Positions 11,442 through 20,891 of a stretch of DNA of 64,000 nt are shown here, piece after piece (the stretch's first letter is position 1; every line of letters starts with the position of its first letter). This stretch comes from an uncultured delta proteobacterium (lineage in GTDB: Bacteria > Desulfobacterota > Binatia > UBA9968), in NCBI GenBank assembly GCA_963728565.1, contig CAVSLC010000019.1, positions 128,001 through 192,000 on the forward strand. The letters are read 5' to 3'. The position numbers and the translations under genes were made by a program. The notes under the pieces are model-generated. The model saw nothing but the letters and a program-made list of their open reading frames with translations, did no database searches and was not told the origin of the DNA.

Positions 11442-11744
11442 ATGCTCCGAAAACGGCTGGCGCTGTTGCTCGCTCTTTCGTGGGTGATTCTTTCCGGATA
11501 CGACGTCATTGAAGATTTGGATTTCCCGGACCGGATTGGGCTCCACAATTCCGCCGATACTCTTTTCCGCGGCTCCGGATCAGCGGGTCTCCTCGCTGGC
11601 AACATCGTCGAATCTGCGGACCGCCCGCTTCTGCGTTACGCGAGCTTGCCCGAGCATTATCTTGAGTTCACTGCCAGCTATGTCCCCGGCCTCTCTCACA
11701 AAGTCTTCAAGCTTCACAAAGTCAACCAAGTCTATTTGATCTGA
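11442..11744 (+). CDS. 100-aa hypothetical protein with N-terminal signal/TM segment; candidate regulatory leader peptide
   Basis: MLRKRLALLLALSWVILSGYDVIEDLDFP...KLHKVNQVYLI. Paralog remnant at 13680-13956. Confidence 0.7.
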   Translation: MLRKRLALLLALSWVILSGYDVIEDLDFPDRIGLHNSADTLFRGSGSAGLLAGNIVESADRPLLRYASLPEHYLEFTASYVPGLSHKVFKLHKVNQVYLI

Positions 11745-11749
11745 GCGCT

Positions 11750-11859
11750 TCATCTGTCTTTCGTTCTCCCACTCTAGACTCCGCTAAGTTTCGCCCCAGA
11801 GAGCGCGATCGGCTGCGGCTGGTTGGTGCTAAAAGTATCGAGACGCAAGGAGACGATGA
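11750..11859 (+). promoter_or_regulatory. Putative anti-SD/SD pairing occluding the RBS and start of the 34-aa ORF
   Basis: tcatctgtctttcgttctc (11750-11768) can pair by eye with gagacgcaaggagacgatga (11840-11859), about 17 pairs including G-U. Confidence 0.45.
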
Positions 11860-11960
11860 TGGCTGATTTCCCGTTATGGTTGAAAGGTATGGTCTGGTTG
11901 GTCGTAGGTTCTACGGCCTTTTATGCGGCTGCTCAGATTCTATACTCGTTGTTAAATTAA
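11856..11960 (+). CDS. 34-aa single-pass small membrane protein (absent from ORF track)
   Basis: AAGGAG SD, then MMADFPLWLKGMVWLVVGSTAFYAAAQILYSLLN*, with one hydrophobic helix. Confidence 0.7.
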   Translation: MMADFPLWLKGMVWLVVGSTAFYAAAQILYSLLN

Positions 11961-12181
11961 CCGGCGTTTGTAGATAGCGCAGCAGTGTGGCGCGTTTTTC
12001 TACCGTTTGCCTAACTGCTTGCTGCGTTTCATCTTGCATCGGTCACTTGCCGTGGTCGAAAAAATGGCAAGTCCGCCTACGACGATTTTGCCGCCAGTGA
12101 ATAGCGTGCCGCTCTAAAAACACGCTCGTTGGATCCGCTCAAGTCGGACATCATTCTCTACCCGTCAGTCTGTGGATCAAG

Positions 12182-13504
12182 TTAAGCCTCCTCCGGGCTC
12201 TCTTCATTTGTCACGTGTGATACAAGTACTTTATCAATGCGCTTGCCGTCCATATCGACGATCTCAAACCGCAAACCATTCCACTCAAAGAATTCCGATA
12301 CCGACGGCACGCGACCCATCCTGGTAAAGATAAAACCGCCCAGGGTTTGATAGGCGTCTTGCTTTTCTCCTGGGAGGCTGTCGAGATCAAAAATTTCTTT
12401 GAACTCGTCGACCGGGATCATTCCATCCACCAGCCATGAGCCGTCGGGGCGTTGCACAGCCTTCGGCGGCGTTACGGTTTCGCCGAACGGCATATCGCCG
12501 GCGATAGCTTCGAGGACATCGTGATGGGTCAGCAACCCCTCAATGCCCCCATACTCGTCTACTACCAGCACCAGATGGCTGCCTGAGCGTTTGATATAGT
12601 CGAGCACCTGCAACGCGGTCAATGTGCGCGGCACCAGCACCGGTGCCTGTAAAGATGACGATAGGTCTATTGGCTTGCCGTACAGCGCGTTCGACAGAAG
12701 ATCCTTGGCCTGGGTGACGCCGACTAAATTATCGAGGCTGCCGTTGCCGACCGGAAACCGGGAATGTCCGCTCTCGGAGATCCTGCTGCGAATCTCTTCA
12801 ATCGAATCGCTTTGATCCAACCAAACGATCTGGGTGCGCGGCGTCATCAGCGCGCGCGCGCTTTTATCGCCCAGCTCAATAACCGCCTCGATCATATCCT
12901 GCTCGCTCTCTTCGAAAACTCCCGCTGCGGTTCCTTGTTGAATCAATCTTTTGATTTCTTCTTCGGTGACCGGAGGCTCCTGAGAGGGCGGACTGCCGAG
13001 CAACCTGAAGATCACATCCGTTGACGCTGTCAAAAGCCGAACGATGGGCGAAGAGATGGCCGACAACAGTCGCATCGGTCCCGCCATAAAAGTTGCGATT
13101 GTCTCCGCATGACTCAAGGCGATTCGTTTGGGGACCAATTCGCCGAGCACGACGGAGAAGTACGTAATGCAAATGACGACGGCGCCGAGAGCGATTGTCC
13201 TGCTGTAAGGTTCGATGGCGGGAATTCCTGCCAAGAATGCAGCGAGTTCCGAAGCTAGGGTCCGCCCGCCGAAGGCGCCGGCGAGAATACCTACAAGCGT
13301 GATGCCGATCTGAACCGTGGAAAAGAATTGGTTGGGATTCTCGGCTAGCTCTAAAGCTGATCTGGCGCTGGCGCTGCCTTTTTCCGCCCAATCTCGAAGC
13401 CGTGATTTGCGCGCGGCGACGATTGCAAGTTCAGACATGGCGAACAGTCCGTTGGCGATAATCAAGAAGATTATCACGATGGATTCAAATGCGATGGTTG
13501 TCAT
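12182..13504 (-). CDS. Hemolysin-family / CNNM-CorC protein (DUF21 + 2xCBS + CorC_HlyC), probable Mg2+/Co2+ exporter
   Basis: NGLFAMSELAIV, STVQIGIT, LGELVPKRIA, MTPR, HSRFPV, VVDEYGGIEGLLT, TLGGFIF, MDGKRIDKV. Confidence 0.93.
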   Translation of the reverse strand: MTTIAFESIVIIFLIIANGLFAMSELAIVAARKSRLRDWAEKGSASARSALELAENPNQFFSTVQIGITLVGILAGAFGGRTLASELAAFLAGIPAIEPYSRTIALGAVVICITYFSVVLGELVPKRIALSHAETIATFMAGPMRLLSAISSPIVRLLTASTDVIFRLLGSPPSQEPPVTEEEIKRLIQQGTAAGVFEESEQDMIEAVIELGDKSARALMTPRTQIVWLDQSDSIEEIRSRISESGHSRFPVGNGSLDNLVGVTQAKDLLSNALYGKPIDLSSSLQAPVLVPRTLTALQVLDYIKRSGSHLVLVVDEYGGIEGLLTHHDVLEAIAGDMPFGETVTPPKAVQRPDGSWLVDGMIPVDEFKEIFDLDSLPGEKQDAYQTLGGFIFTRMGRVPSVSEFFEWNGLRFEIVDMDGKRIDKVLVSHVTNEESPEEA

Positions 13505-13679
13505 CTATTTCGATCCTGGGTTGGTATGGAAACCGGTTTCCTTGGAGTTTGGCCTTGCCTATGGGAGAAAAAGGGGTGCACGCTGGCGGCTGGAAAGTAG
13601 CCAATGCGGAGTTGCATAAGTTCGACGAGCCGACGATCAATCAACAATCTCTCGAACGACTTGGAATATTGAAGCGATT

Positions 13680-13956
13680 CTATTCAGCCGAGGCCGTCCT
13701 GAGTGAGTGATTCACAAATCGATCACTGCCCAATTCGAAATCTCGAGCGAGTTGACCGGAGATAGATTTGGTCAAGGGCGCGGCGGAGTTGTGAAGCTTT
13801 GATATTTTGCCAAAGTGCCGCAGAGCCAACCGGTAGCTGAGCCGGAAGATAGTGCTCGAACCGCTCGGAAGGTCGGGGTCTCCTATAGATGTCAAAATCG
13901 GCAACGCGGAACCAAGATATTCCCGTCAGTGGAAGCGCCAGAAACTTTCGCGCCAT
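13680..13956 (-). pseudogene. Degenerate or frameshifted paralog of the 11442 leader-like ORF, upstream of the CorC-family gene
   Basis: MARKFLALPLTGISWFRVADFDI/IGDPDLPS...KLHNSAAPL aligns to MLRKRLALLLALSWVILSGYDVIEDLDFPD..GLHNSADTL. Confidence 0.55.
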
Positions 13957-13991
13957 GGCGGCAATATTCATCCGCCAGCGCAGCTTGTCAA
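13957..13991 (-). promoter_or_regulatory. Putative sigma70 promoter giving a leaderless transcript at ATG 13956
   Basis: On the minus strand, TTGACA (13991-13986) N17 AATATT N6 ATG. Confidence 0.5.
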
Positions 13992-14009
13992 ACGGAGGCT
14001 TGGAAATTC

Positions 14010-15539
14010 TTACCCCCGTGTCACTGCTGCGGGAATCGGCACGCCGGATTCGTCGAGCTGATAGGCATAAGCCTCCTTCATCTGCACGTTGCCGCTGTCG
14101 GTATAGACCAGTAGACGTTTACCATCCGTGCGAGTTTGCACGAGTCCGAAAGCGGAGCGGCTAAAGCCGAAAAAGTCACCCCGGGTTTTTGCCTTTTTTA
14201 CATCGGTGAGTCGTGACCATCCTTCTACGTTGAAAAAGGCCACCAGCTCGGTGACGAACACCAGGGGTTCCGGCACACGCGACCAGCGTCCCAGGGCGCC
14301 CATCAACGTGGCCCGCGGATGGATGTATTCCTTGCGCGCATTCTCGTCGCCACTGGAAACGATATTGACCACCGGCGATACGGCCTGAAAGAAACCACCG
14401 GAGAAGTCGGCGGAACCGTGATGGGGAACTTTGAAGACCTCCGATCGCAGGTTGAGCGCGCCGCGGTTGTGCTCGCGCGCGAGAAAGCGGCTGGCTTCCT
14501 CATTGAGATCACCGGCAAACAGGAAACTAAAGCCGCCATAAGAGAGTCGGAAAACGACTGAGTGACCATTGATCGTGTGCCCGGCGGACAAGCCTGTGAA
14601 TCCTTCTTCTGCCACATCAAGAGAGGCGTGTCCCACGCGCGGTCCTTTGGGCGGTGTGCCGAGAAATCTGAGCCCGCGCACGTTGCCGCTCTCGGTTATG
14701 GAGGGGCCGAGAACGTCGATGCGCAGCTTGCCATTGTTGAAGAAGCCGAATGCTTCACTGTCGCCGAATTCAAGCCGCCGAAAAGACACAGCGCCGCGGG
14801 AGCTGTATTCTTTTAGTGCGGCTTTCCACCGACGAAACGGCTGGTTCAACTCATCGTCCGAAACTTGCAGTAAATCATCGACAAGCCCAGTGATGATAAC
14901 GTTCTTGCCGATTTGCTTGGTCGGGCCAAGCAGCTCTCGATCGGCAACCGGTTTATTATTCTTTGTCGCCGGCCGCTTCACCAGCCCGTTGTGGTATATC
15001 CTCTGCGGGTGGATGAAGATCCGCTTGAGCTTGTTTTTGTGGATCTCTGATTTATGAATTTCGACCAGTCCTGAAAAATGGTCGGCATCGCCATGGGTGA
15101 TAAGAATGCAGTCGACGCGTTTAGGTTTGTCGAGGCTGGTGCCGCGAAACCGGGCCGCCAGGTAACGCGCGAATAGTTGGTTGTCGCCGCCATCGACCAA
15201 AATGATCTTTCCATCGGGAGATTCGATGATACTGCCATCGCCTTGCTGGACATCGACGAAGTTTACCTTAAGCACCTGATTTTGTTCTCGCGGCACGATA
15301 ATGTCAGCAGGTTTGATGCGCGATGCTTTTGTCGGTTCGATGAATCCGCCTCGGGTGGAGGGGATTAAGCTCCCGTCGGAACCTGTCTTGAAGCTAGTGA
15401 CCTCAACTTCCAGATGAGTGCTCTTCTGATCAGTGACCGTGATCTCGTCGCCCCATGCCAGGGTGCGGCGCAACGATTTGCGTCCGCGCTTGTCCCAAAC
15501 GTCAGCCAAGTCGAGGTTGATGACACATTGAGTAGACAT
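14010..15539 (-). CDS. Cytoplasmic ComEC/Rec2-type metallo-beta-lactamase-fold hydrolase, 509 aa
   Basis: FVDVQQGDG, LVDGG, ITHGDADH, NGHSVV, FAGD, KVPHHGS, IHP. No signal peptide or TM segment. Confidence 0.85.
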   Translation of the reverse strand: MSTQCVINLDLADVWDKRGRKSLRRTLAWGDEITVTDQKSTHLEVEVTSFKTGSDGSLIPSTRGGFIEPTKASRIKPADIIVPREQNQVLKVNFVDVQQGDGSIIESPDGKIILVDGGDNQLFARYLAARFRGTSLDKPKRVDCILITHGDADHFSGLVEIHKSEIHKNKLKRIFIHPQRIYHNGLVKRPATKNNKPVADRELLGPTKQIGKNVIITGLVDDLLQVSDDELNQPFRRWKAALKEYSSRGAVSFRRLEFGDSEAFGFFNNGKLRIDVLGPSITESGNVRGLRFLGTPPKGPRVGHASLDVAEEGFTGLSAGHTINGHSVVFRLSYGGFSFLFAGDLNEEASRFLAREHNRGALNLRSEVFKVPHHGSADFSGGFFQAVSPVVNIVSSGDENARKEYIHPRATLMGALGRWSRVPEPLVFVTELVAFFNVEGWSRLTDVKKAKTRGDFFGFSRSAFGLVQTRTDGKRLLVYTDSGNVQMKEAYAYQLDESGVPIPAAVTRG

Positions 15540-15845
15540 TTCCGGTCCTTCTTTACGGCAGCCAAGCGCTGGCTCGATGCTGCCCGGTCGACAACAGTGA
15601 CAAGGCCATCATAGATGGGTTCACGGAGTGCGTTGCATGCTTTGTCTGTTCGATTACCGATCTCTACGCGAATCGGTATGAAAAAACAAAAAGCAGGGAT
15701 TTAAAACTCTCTCCGGCATGAGACATTACGACGGCTAAGCGCAATCAAAGCTTGGAACTCACAGCCGCTGCCCTAAATAAATAAACTTGACGTTCGAAAC
15801 CTGCCGTTTTATTGGAGCGGTATCCGATTCGTGAAAGGAGAAGTT

Positions 15846-16794
15846 ATGTGGAAACGTATTCTCATCGCGGCGATCGGTGTGTTTCGCGCTTGTCGATCAA
15901 GCTGCCAGCCAATCGGTTCGCGGCGCTTTTCCTTCGCCCAGCATCCAAATTCTGCCGATGATGGTTGGCGCTGAAAAAGGTTTTTACAAGCGCGAGGGGC
16001 TGGATATGGAGCTGGTCTTCGTGCGCGGCGCTTCCACCGCCGTACAAGCGCTTCTGGCCAATCAGATCCACTTCATTTTTTCGGTTGGACCCCAAATGCC
16101 CGCCGTCTGGGAAGGAAACGATATCATGTTACTGGCGCAACAAGTGGGACGGCCGACTTTCTCGCTCGTGGTTACGCCGGATATCCAAAAAATCGCGGAT
16201 CTCAGAGGCAAGAAAATCGGTGTCACCTTCGGCGGTTCGACAGCAGCGGGCACCAAGGCGCTGCTCGAGCTCAACAAGATCAATCCCGACAAGGAGGTCG
16301 AGTACATAAGCCTTCCCGGGAACGAACCCAAGATTGCGGCGTTGAAGCAGGGAATTATTTCCGCCGCATTGCTGGCGCCTCCGGCAGATTATCTGGCCAT
16401 GAAGGCGGGAATGAAGCGGCTCGTGAGCCTTGCCGACATTTTCAAGGACACGGCGTTTACCGGCCTTGCGGCTACCAGCAGGATGATCAAGGAAAATCCG
16501 CAAACGGTGAAAAAGATGGTCCGCGCCATGGTTCGCTCGGTCATCCACACGCGCGATCATCCTGAAGACGCGCTCCAGGTTTCGATGAAGCGTCTCGGCC
16601 TTGAGCGCGACGCCGCCCAGGACGCCTATCAGATGATTCGGCAAGCCCTGGTACCGGTGCCTACGGAAAATGGCGTGGAGTTGATGGCCCAGTGGCAAGC
16701 CATCGCGTTAAATACAAAGCCGAAACGAAAGCCCAGTGAGTACATGGATTTGCGCTTCGTTAATGAGGTCATGGCTGAGCTGGGGCACAAATAG
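15846..16794 (+). CDS. ABC substrate-binding protein, NMT1/SsuA-like; frameshift in signal peptide
   Basis: AAGGAG SD and MWKRILIAA. Motifs EKGFYKREGLD, DLRGKKIGV, C-terminal MDLRFVNEV. Confidence 0.85.
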
Positions 16795-16839
16795 GGCGCC
16801 GTTCAAAATTGCGCCGCGTTAAATCGCGCTGCCGCTGAG

Positions 16840-17669
16840 TTATGCGCTCTCAGGCTCGCAGCGCTTCGGTCCCCGGTGCCATAACTCGTGGAAAAGCTCC
16901 ACCGAGCCCGGCGCAAAGCCCGCATAGTGATTGCTGAAAAAAACGTACGCTCGCGAAGCTCGCTCGGCGATTTTTTTGAGCTCTTCGATCCAGACTATCA
17001 ATTCAGAGGTTTTGTCCTCAGTCAGATGGTCCCAGCGCTGAGCTTTGGCTTCTTTTCGATCGCCGATGAAGCGAGCATAAAGGAAGTCGCCGCAGAGGAG
17101 ATCGAGCTGCGCGAGCGAGCACATCAATGCTTGGCATCCAAGCCTGGGCGACAACCACGAAAGCCACCGAGTGGTCTCTTAACATTTCGAGAAAGTCCCA
17201 GCTGATCCAATTCTTATTTCGTATCTCCACGGCAAACTTAAATTCCTTTGGCAGCGTTTTCAGAAACGGCTGCAGCAGCTTGTCGAACTGAGCTCGTGAA
17301 GCGAAAGCATTTTGGTTGAAGTAGGGAAATTGAAGCAGCAGCGGGCCCAGGCGGTCGCCTAGAAGATCGAGGCTATTTAAAAACGTCGTGAGCTCGCGCT
17401 GGCAATCCTTCATCACTTTCTGGTGCGTAATGACTCCTGGCACCTGGGCCGCAAAAACAAATCCCGCTGGAGTGTTTTCCTTCCATCCGGCCACGCACTG
17501 CGCGCGCTGGAATGGTAGAGTACGTGGAGTCGAGTTCGACGGCGCGAAAGGCGCGCGCATAATGTTGAATCAAATCCTGAGGCTTTGAGTCCGCCGGATA
17601 AAACGATCCGATCCAATCCGGGTATGTCCAACCGGAAGTTCCAACATAGACATTGGTCGGAAAAGCCAT
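16840..17669 (-). CDS. DUF72 domain protein, spread over three frames
   Basis: YVGTSGWTYPDW..FYP, AVELDSTY, VITHQK, LGPLLLQFP, FAVEIRN, YARFIG, YVFFSNHYAGFAP. Confidence 0.9.
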
Positions 17670-17723
17670 CAATGCTAGTGTTCACCACATGTCGTGGCGA
17701 TGGTCAACGGGAGCACGAATTTG

Positions 17724-17752
17724 TTGACATTGTTGGAGCGGCCGTTTAACGT
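17724..17752 (+). promoter_or_regulatory. Putative sigma70 promoter of MerR-mutS
   Basis: TTGACA-N17-TAACGT, 33 nt before ATG 17786. Confidence 0.55.
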
Positions 17753-17785
17753 GGAAACCACTCTTGTTTTCATTCTTGCTTTGCG

Positions 17786-18367
17786 ATGGAAACCTACAAC
17801 AGCAAGGAAGCCAGCCGGATCGCCGGCGTTTCTCTCCGTCAGATTCAGTATTGGGACGAGCGCGGCTTTATTCGCCCGTCGGTAAAGGCCGCGCAGGGGC
17901 GGGGTAGCAAAAGGCTTTACTCTTTCCACGATCTGCTGTGCCTCAAAGTGATGAAGGATCTGACGCATCGAGGGCTGAGCTTGCGGAAGGTTCGGCGCTG
18001 CTTGCAACCGTTGAGACGTTACAGCGCCGAACACGGGCGAGCTCTGGAATCACTCAGATATCTCACCGATGGCGAAAAGCTTTTCGTCATCACCAGCGAC
18101 CGGGAAAAGATTTTCGATGCAATCGATCGGCAGTTCGTATTTTCCGTCGGCATCGGCAACCTGGTGCGCGAGCTGAATAACTCCCTCAGGCGGGCTGCCG
18201 CCGCAACCGGCCGAGCAAACGCGAGGACAATGCGCCGGTACGTCGAAAAACAGGCCGGGTCGCGCCTGACCAACGATGGAGCCCGCCAAGATCACTCCGA
18301 TGATGCAGCAGTACCTGCAAATCAAGGAGAGGTACCGCGATGCGATTCTGTTTTTCCGGCTCGGTGA
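17786..18367 (+). CDS. MerR-family HTH regulator (Rv1830/McdR-like); true stop probably near 18269
   Basis: EASRIAGVSLRQIQYWDERGFIRPS...GRGSKRLYSFHDLL. The tail overlaps mutS by about 90 nt, probably an indel error. Confidence 0.85.
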   Translation: METYNSKEASRIAGVSLRQIQYWDERGFIRPSVKAAQGRGSKRLYSFHDLLCLKVMKDLTHRGLSLRKVRRCLQPLRRYSAEHGRALESLRYLTDGEKLFVITSDREKIFDAIDRQFVFSVGIGNLVRELNNSLRRAAAATGRANARTMRRYVEKQAGSRLTNDGARQDHSDDAAVPANQGEVPRCDSVFPAR

Positions 18368-20869
18368 TTTCTATGAAATGTTCTTCGAGGACGCGCAAAC
18401 CGCGTCTCGAATCCTCGATATCGCCCTGACCTCGCGGCACAAGAGCGAAGAGTCGCCGGTGCCGCTTTGCGGCGTGCCTTATCATGCAGCCGAACCGTAT
18501 ATCCAGAAATTACTAGACGCAGGACATAAGGTCGCCGTTTGCGAGCAAATTGAAGATCCTAAGACAGCCAAAGGAGTTGTTCAACGTGAAGTTGTCCGGG
18601 TCATCACGCCCGGCACCGTTACCGCCGCGGAAGCGCTCGATGCGCGCGGCAACAACTTCTTGATTGCCGTGTGCCAGGATAATCGGAATTTCGGCTTGGC
18701 GGTAACCGATATCACCACCGGCGAATTTCGTTGCACGCAATTTGCCGAGGAACAGTCGTTTCTCGACGAGATCGGCCGTATCGCACCAAGCGAAATCATT
18801 GCGCCGCGCAACGTCGCCGGGCTCTTGAGATTGCTGCGCAAAGAATTTTCCAGCCTCCATATCACGGCAGCGCCGGAAGAGTTTTTTTCCGGGGACGCGG
18901 CGCGCAAGCTGATGACGGCCGAGGACTCCAACGGACAGAGCCGGCGCCCGGCATCAGGGTGTTTTTGCGGCTTCCGGGATCATCAACTATTTGGCAGTCA
19001 ACGTCGGCGAATTCCTTAAAGTGATCGGCGGCCTGGAGTTCTACGTTGCCTCGCATTATTTGGTCCTTGACGAGAATACCCGGCGCAATCTCGAGCTCGC
19101 CAACGATAACGATGGAACTCGCAAAGGCTCGCTACTCTCGGTGCTCGATCGAACTGAAACTCCCATGGGCGCGCGCCGCCTGCGCCAATGGCTCTTTTAC
19201 CCTCTGCTGGATGTCGCCGCCATTCGCGAGCGACAAGCGGGTGTCCAGGCGCTGGTTGAAAATTACCGGTTGCGCCAGGATTTAAAAAGAGCCTTGCACA
19301 ATGTACAGGACCTCGAGCGCTTGGCCGCGCGCACGGTCGCGGGCACGGCATCGCCAAGGGATCTGGTGGCGATTAAACAGACGCTTCTCGCATTAGCGGA
19401 TTTGCGGAGATTATTGGCGGGGGAGAACACCGACATCTTGTGCGTCCTGCGCGAGCAACTTTCAGAGTTGCCGGAAATCGTCGAAACTCATCAGCACGGC
19501 GGTCGTCGATGATCCGCCTTTTTCACTGAAGGACGGCGGTTACATTCGCCAGGGTTTCGACCCGGAACTCGATGACATTCGCAGCGGCAGAAGCCAAGCC
19601 AAGCAATGGATTGCCGCATTCGAAACGGCTGAACGGCGTCGCACGGGTATCAACTCCCTGAAGGTGCGCTATAATCGTGTATTTGGCTATTACATCGAGG
19701 TAACCAGCTCGAACTTAAAAGCGGTGCCCGAGGATTACATTCGTAAACAGACTCTGGTTAATGGCGAACGCTATATCACGCCGGAACTAAAGGAATACGA
19801 AACCAGAGTTCTTAATTCCCAAAGCCTGTTGGAAAAATTGGAAGCCGAGTTGCTCGGCGGCGTCCGCGGGCAGGTCGCGGGCGCTTATCCCGGGCTGAAA
19901 CAATCCGGAACAGCGCTGGCTTGCATCGATGTTTTGCTGTCGTTTGCTGAAGTCGCCGAGTCCTGCCATTGGGTCGCTCCGTCAGTCGACGACGGCTTGA
20001 TCCTGACTGTCCGTGAAGGCCGCCACCCGGTGGTCGAAGCGGCCATTGGCCGCGGCGCTTTTGTGCCTAATGACTGCGTTATCGATCCCAACGATCAGCA
20101 GATTTTGATGCTGACCGGCCCCAACATGGCAGGCAAGTCGACCTACATGCGCCAGGTCGCCTTGATCACGATTCTGGCCCAGATGGGAAGTTTTGTGCCG
20201 GCCAGCGAAGCTCGGATCGGCCTGGTTGACCGTGTGTTTACTCGAATCGGCGCCAGCGATTCTCTATCGCGCGGTGAATCGACTTTTATGATCGAGATGA
20301 AGGAAACCGCTGCCATTTTGGAGCATGCGACGCAGCGAAGCTTAATACTGTTGGACGAAGTCGGTCGCGGCACCAGCACCTTCGACGGGATCTCCATTGC
20401 CTGGGCTGTCGCAGAATCGCTGCACGAGCGCGCCGAGCGCCCGCGGACGTTATTTGCCACCCATTATCATGAGCTCACCGATCTCGCGCGCACCAAAGAA
20501 CGAATCAAGAATTACAACTTCGCCGTCAAAGAGTGGCAGGGCGATATCATTTTTTTAAGAAACCTGGCGTTGAAGGCGCGGCCAGCCGCAGTTACGGCAT
20601 TCACGTGGCCCGTTTAGCCGGCTTGCCGGCGCCGGTGATTGACCATGCCAAAGCCATTCTCGCGCGACTCGAGGGCGGCGGGGATGAGTGTCGCGGACGC
20701 TTGACATCCATGGGCATCGGCCGCCGGCGACCAGCCCCTGCAGATGACATTATTTACAAGCGCCGGGGATCGGTTTCGGGAGCGACTGCGGAGTATCGAC
20801 GTATCAACGATTACTCCGGTGGAAGCGCTCAATATCCTCTTCAAGCTCACCGAAGATGCTAAGAAATGA
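18276..20869 (+). CDS. mutS: DNA mismatch repair protein MutS, several frameshifts
   Basis: TPMMQQYLQIK, FFRLGDFYEMF, TGPNMAGKSTYMRQ, GESTFMIEM, DEVGRGTST, FATHYHEL, SYGIHVARLAG, C-terminal TPVEALNIL. Confidence 0.96.
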
Positions 20870-20891
20870 TTCCCATCGCATGAGGTATCTG

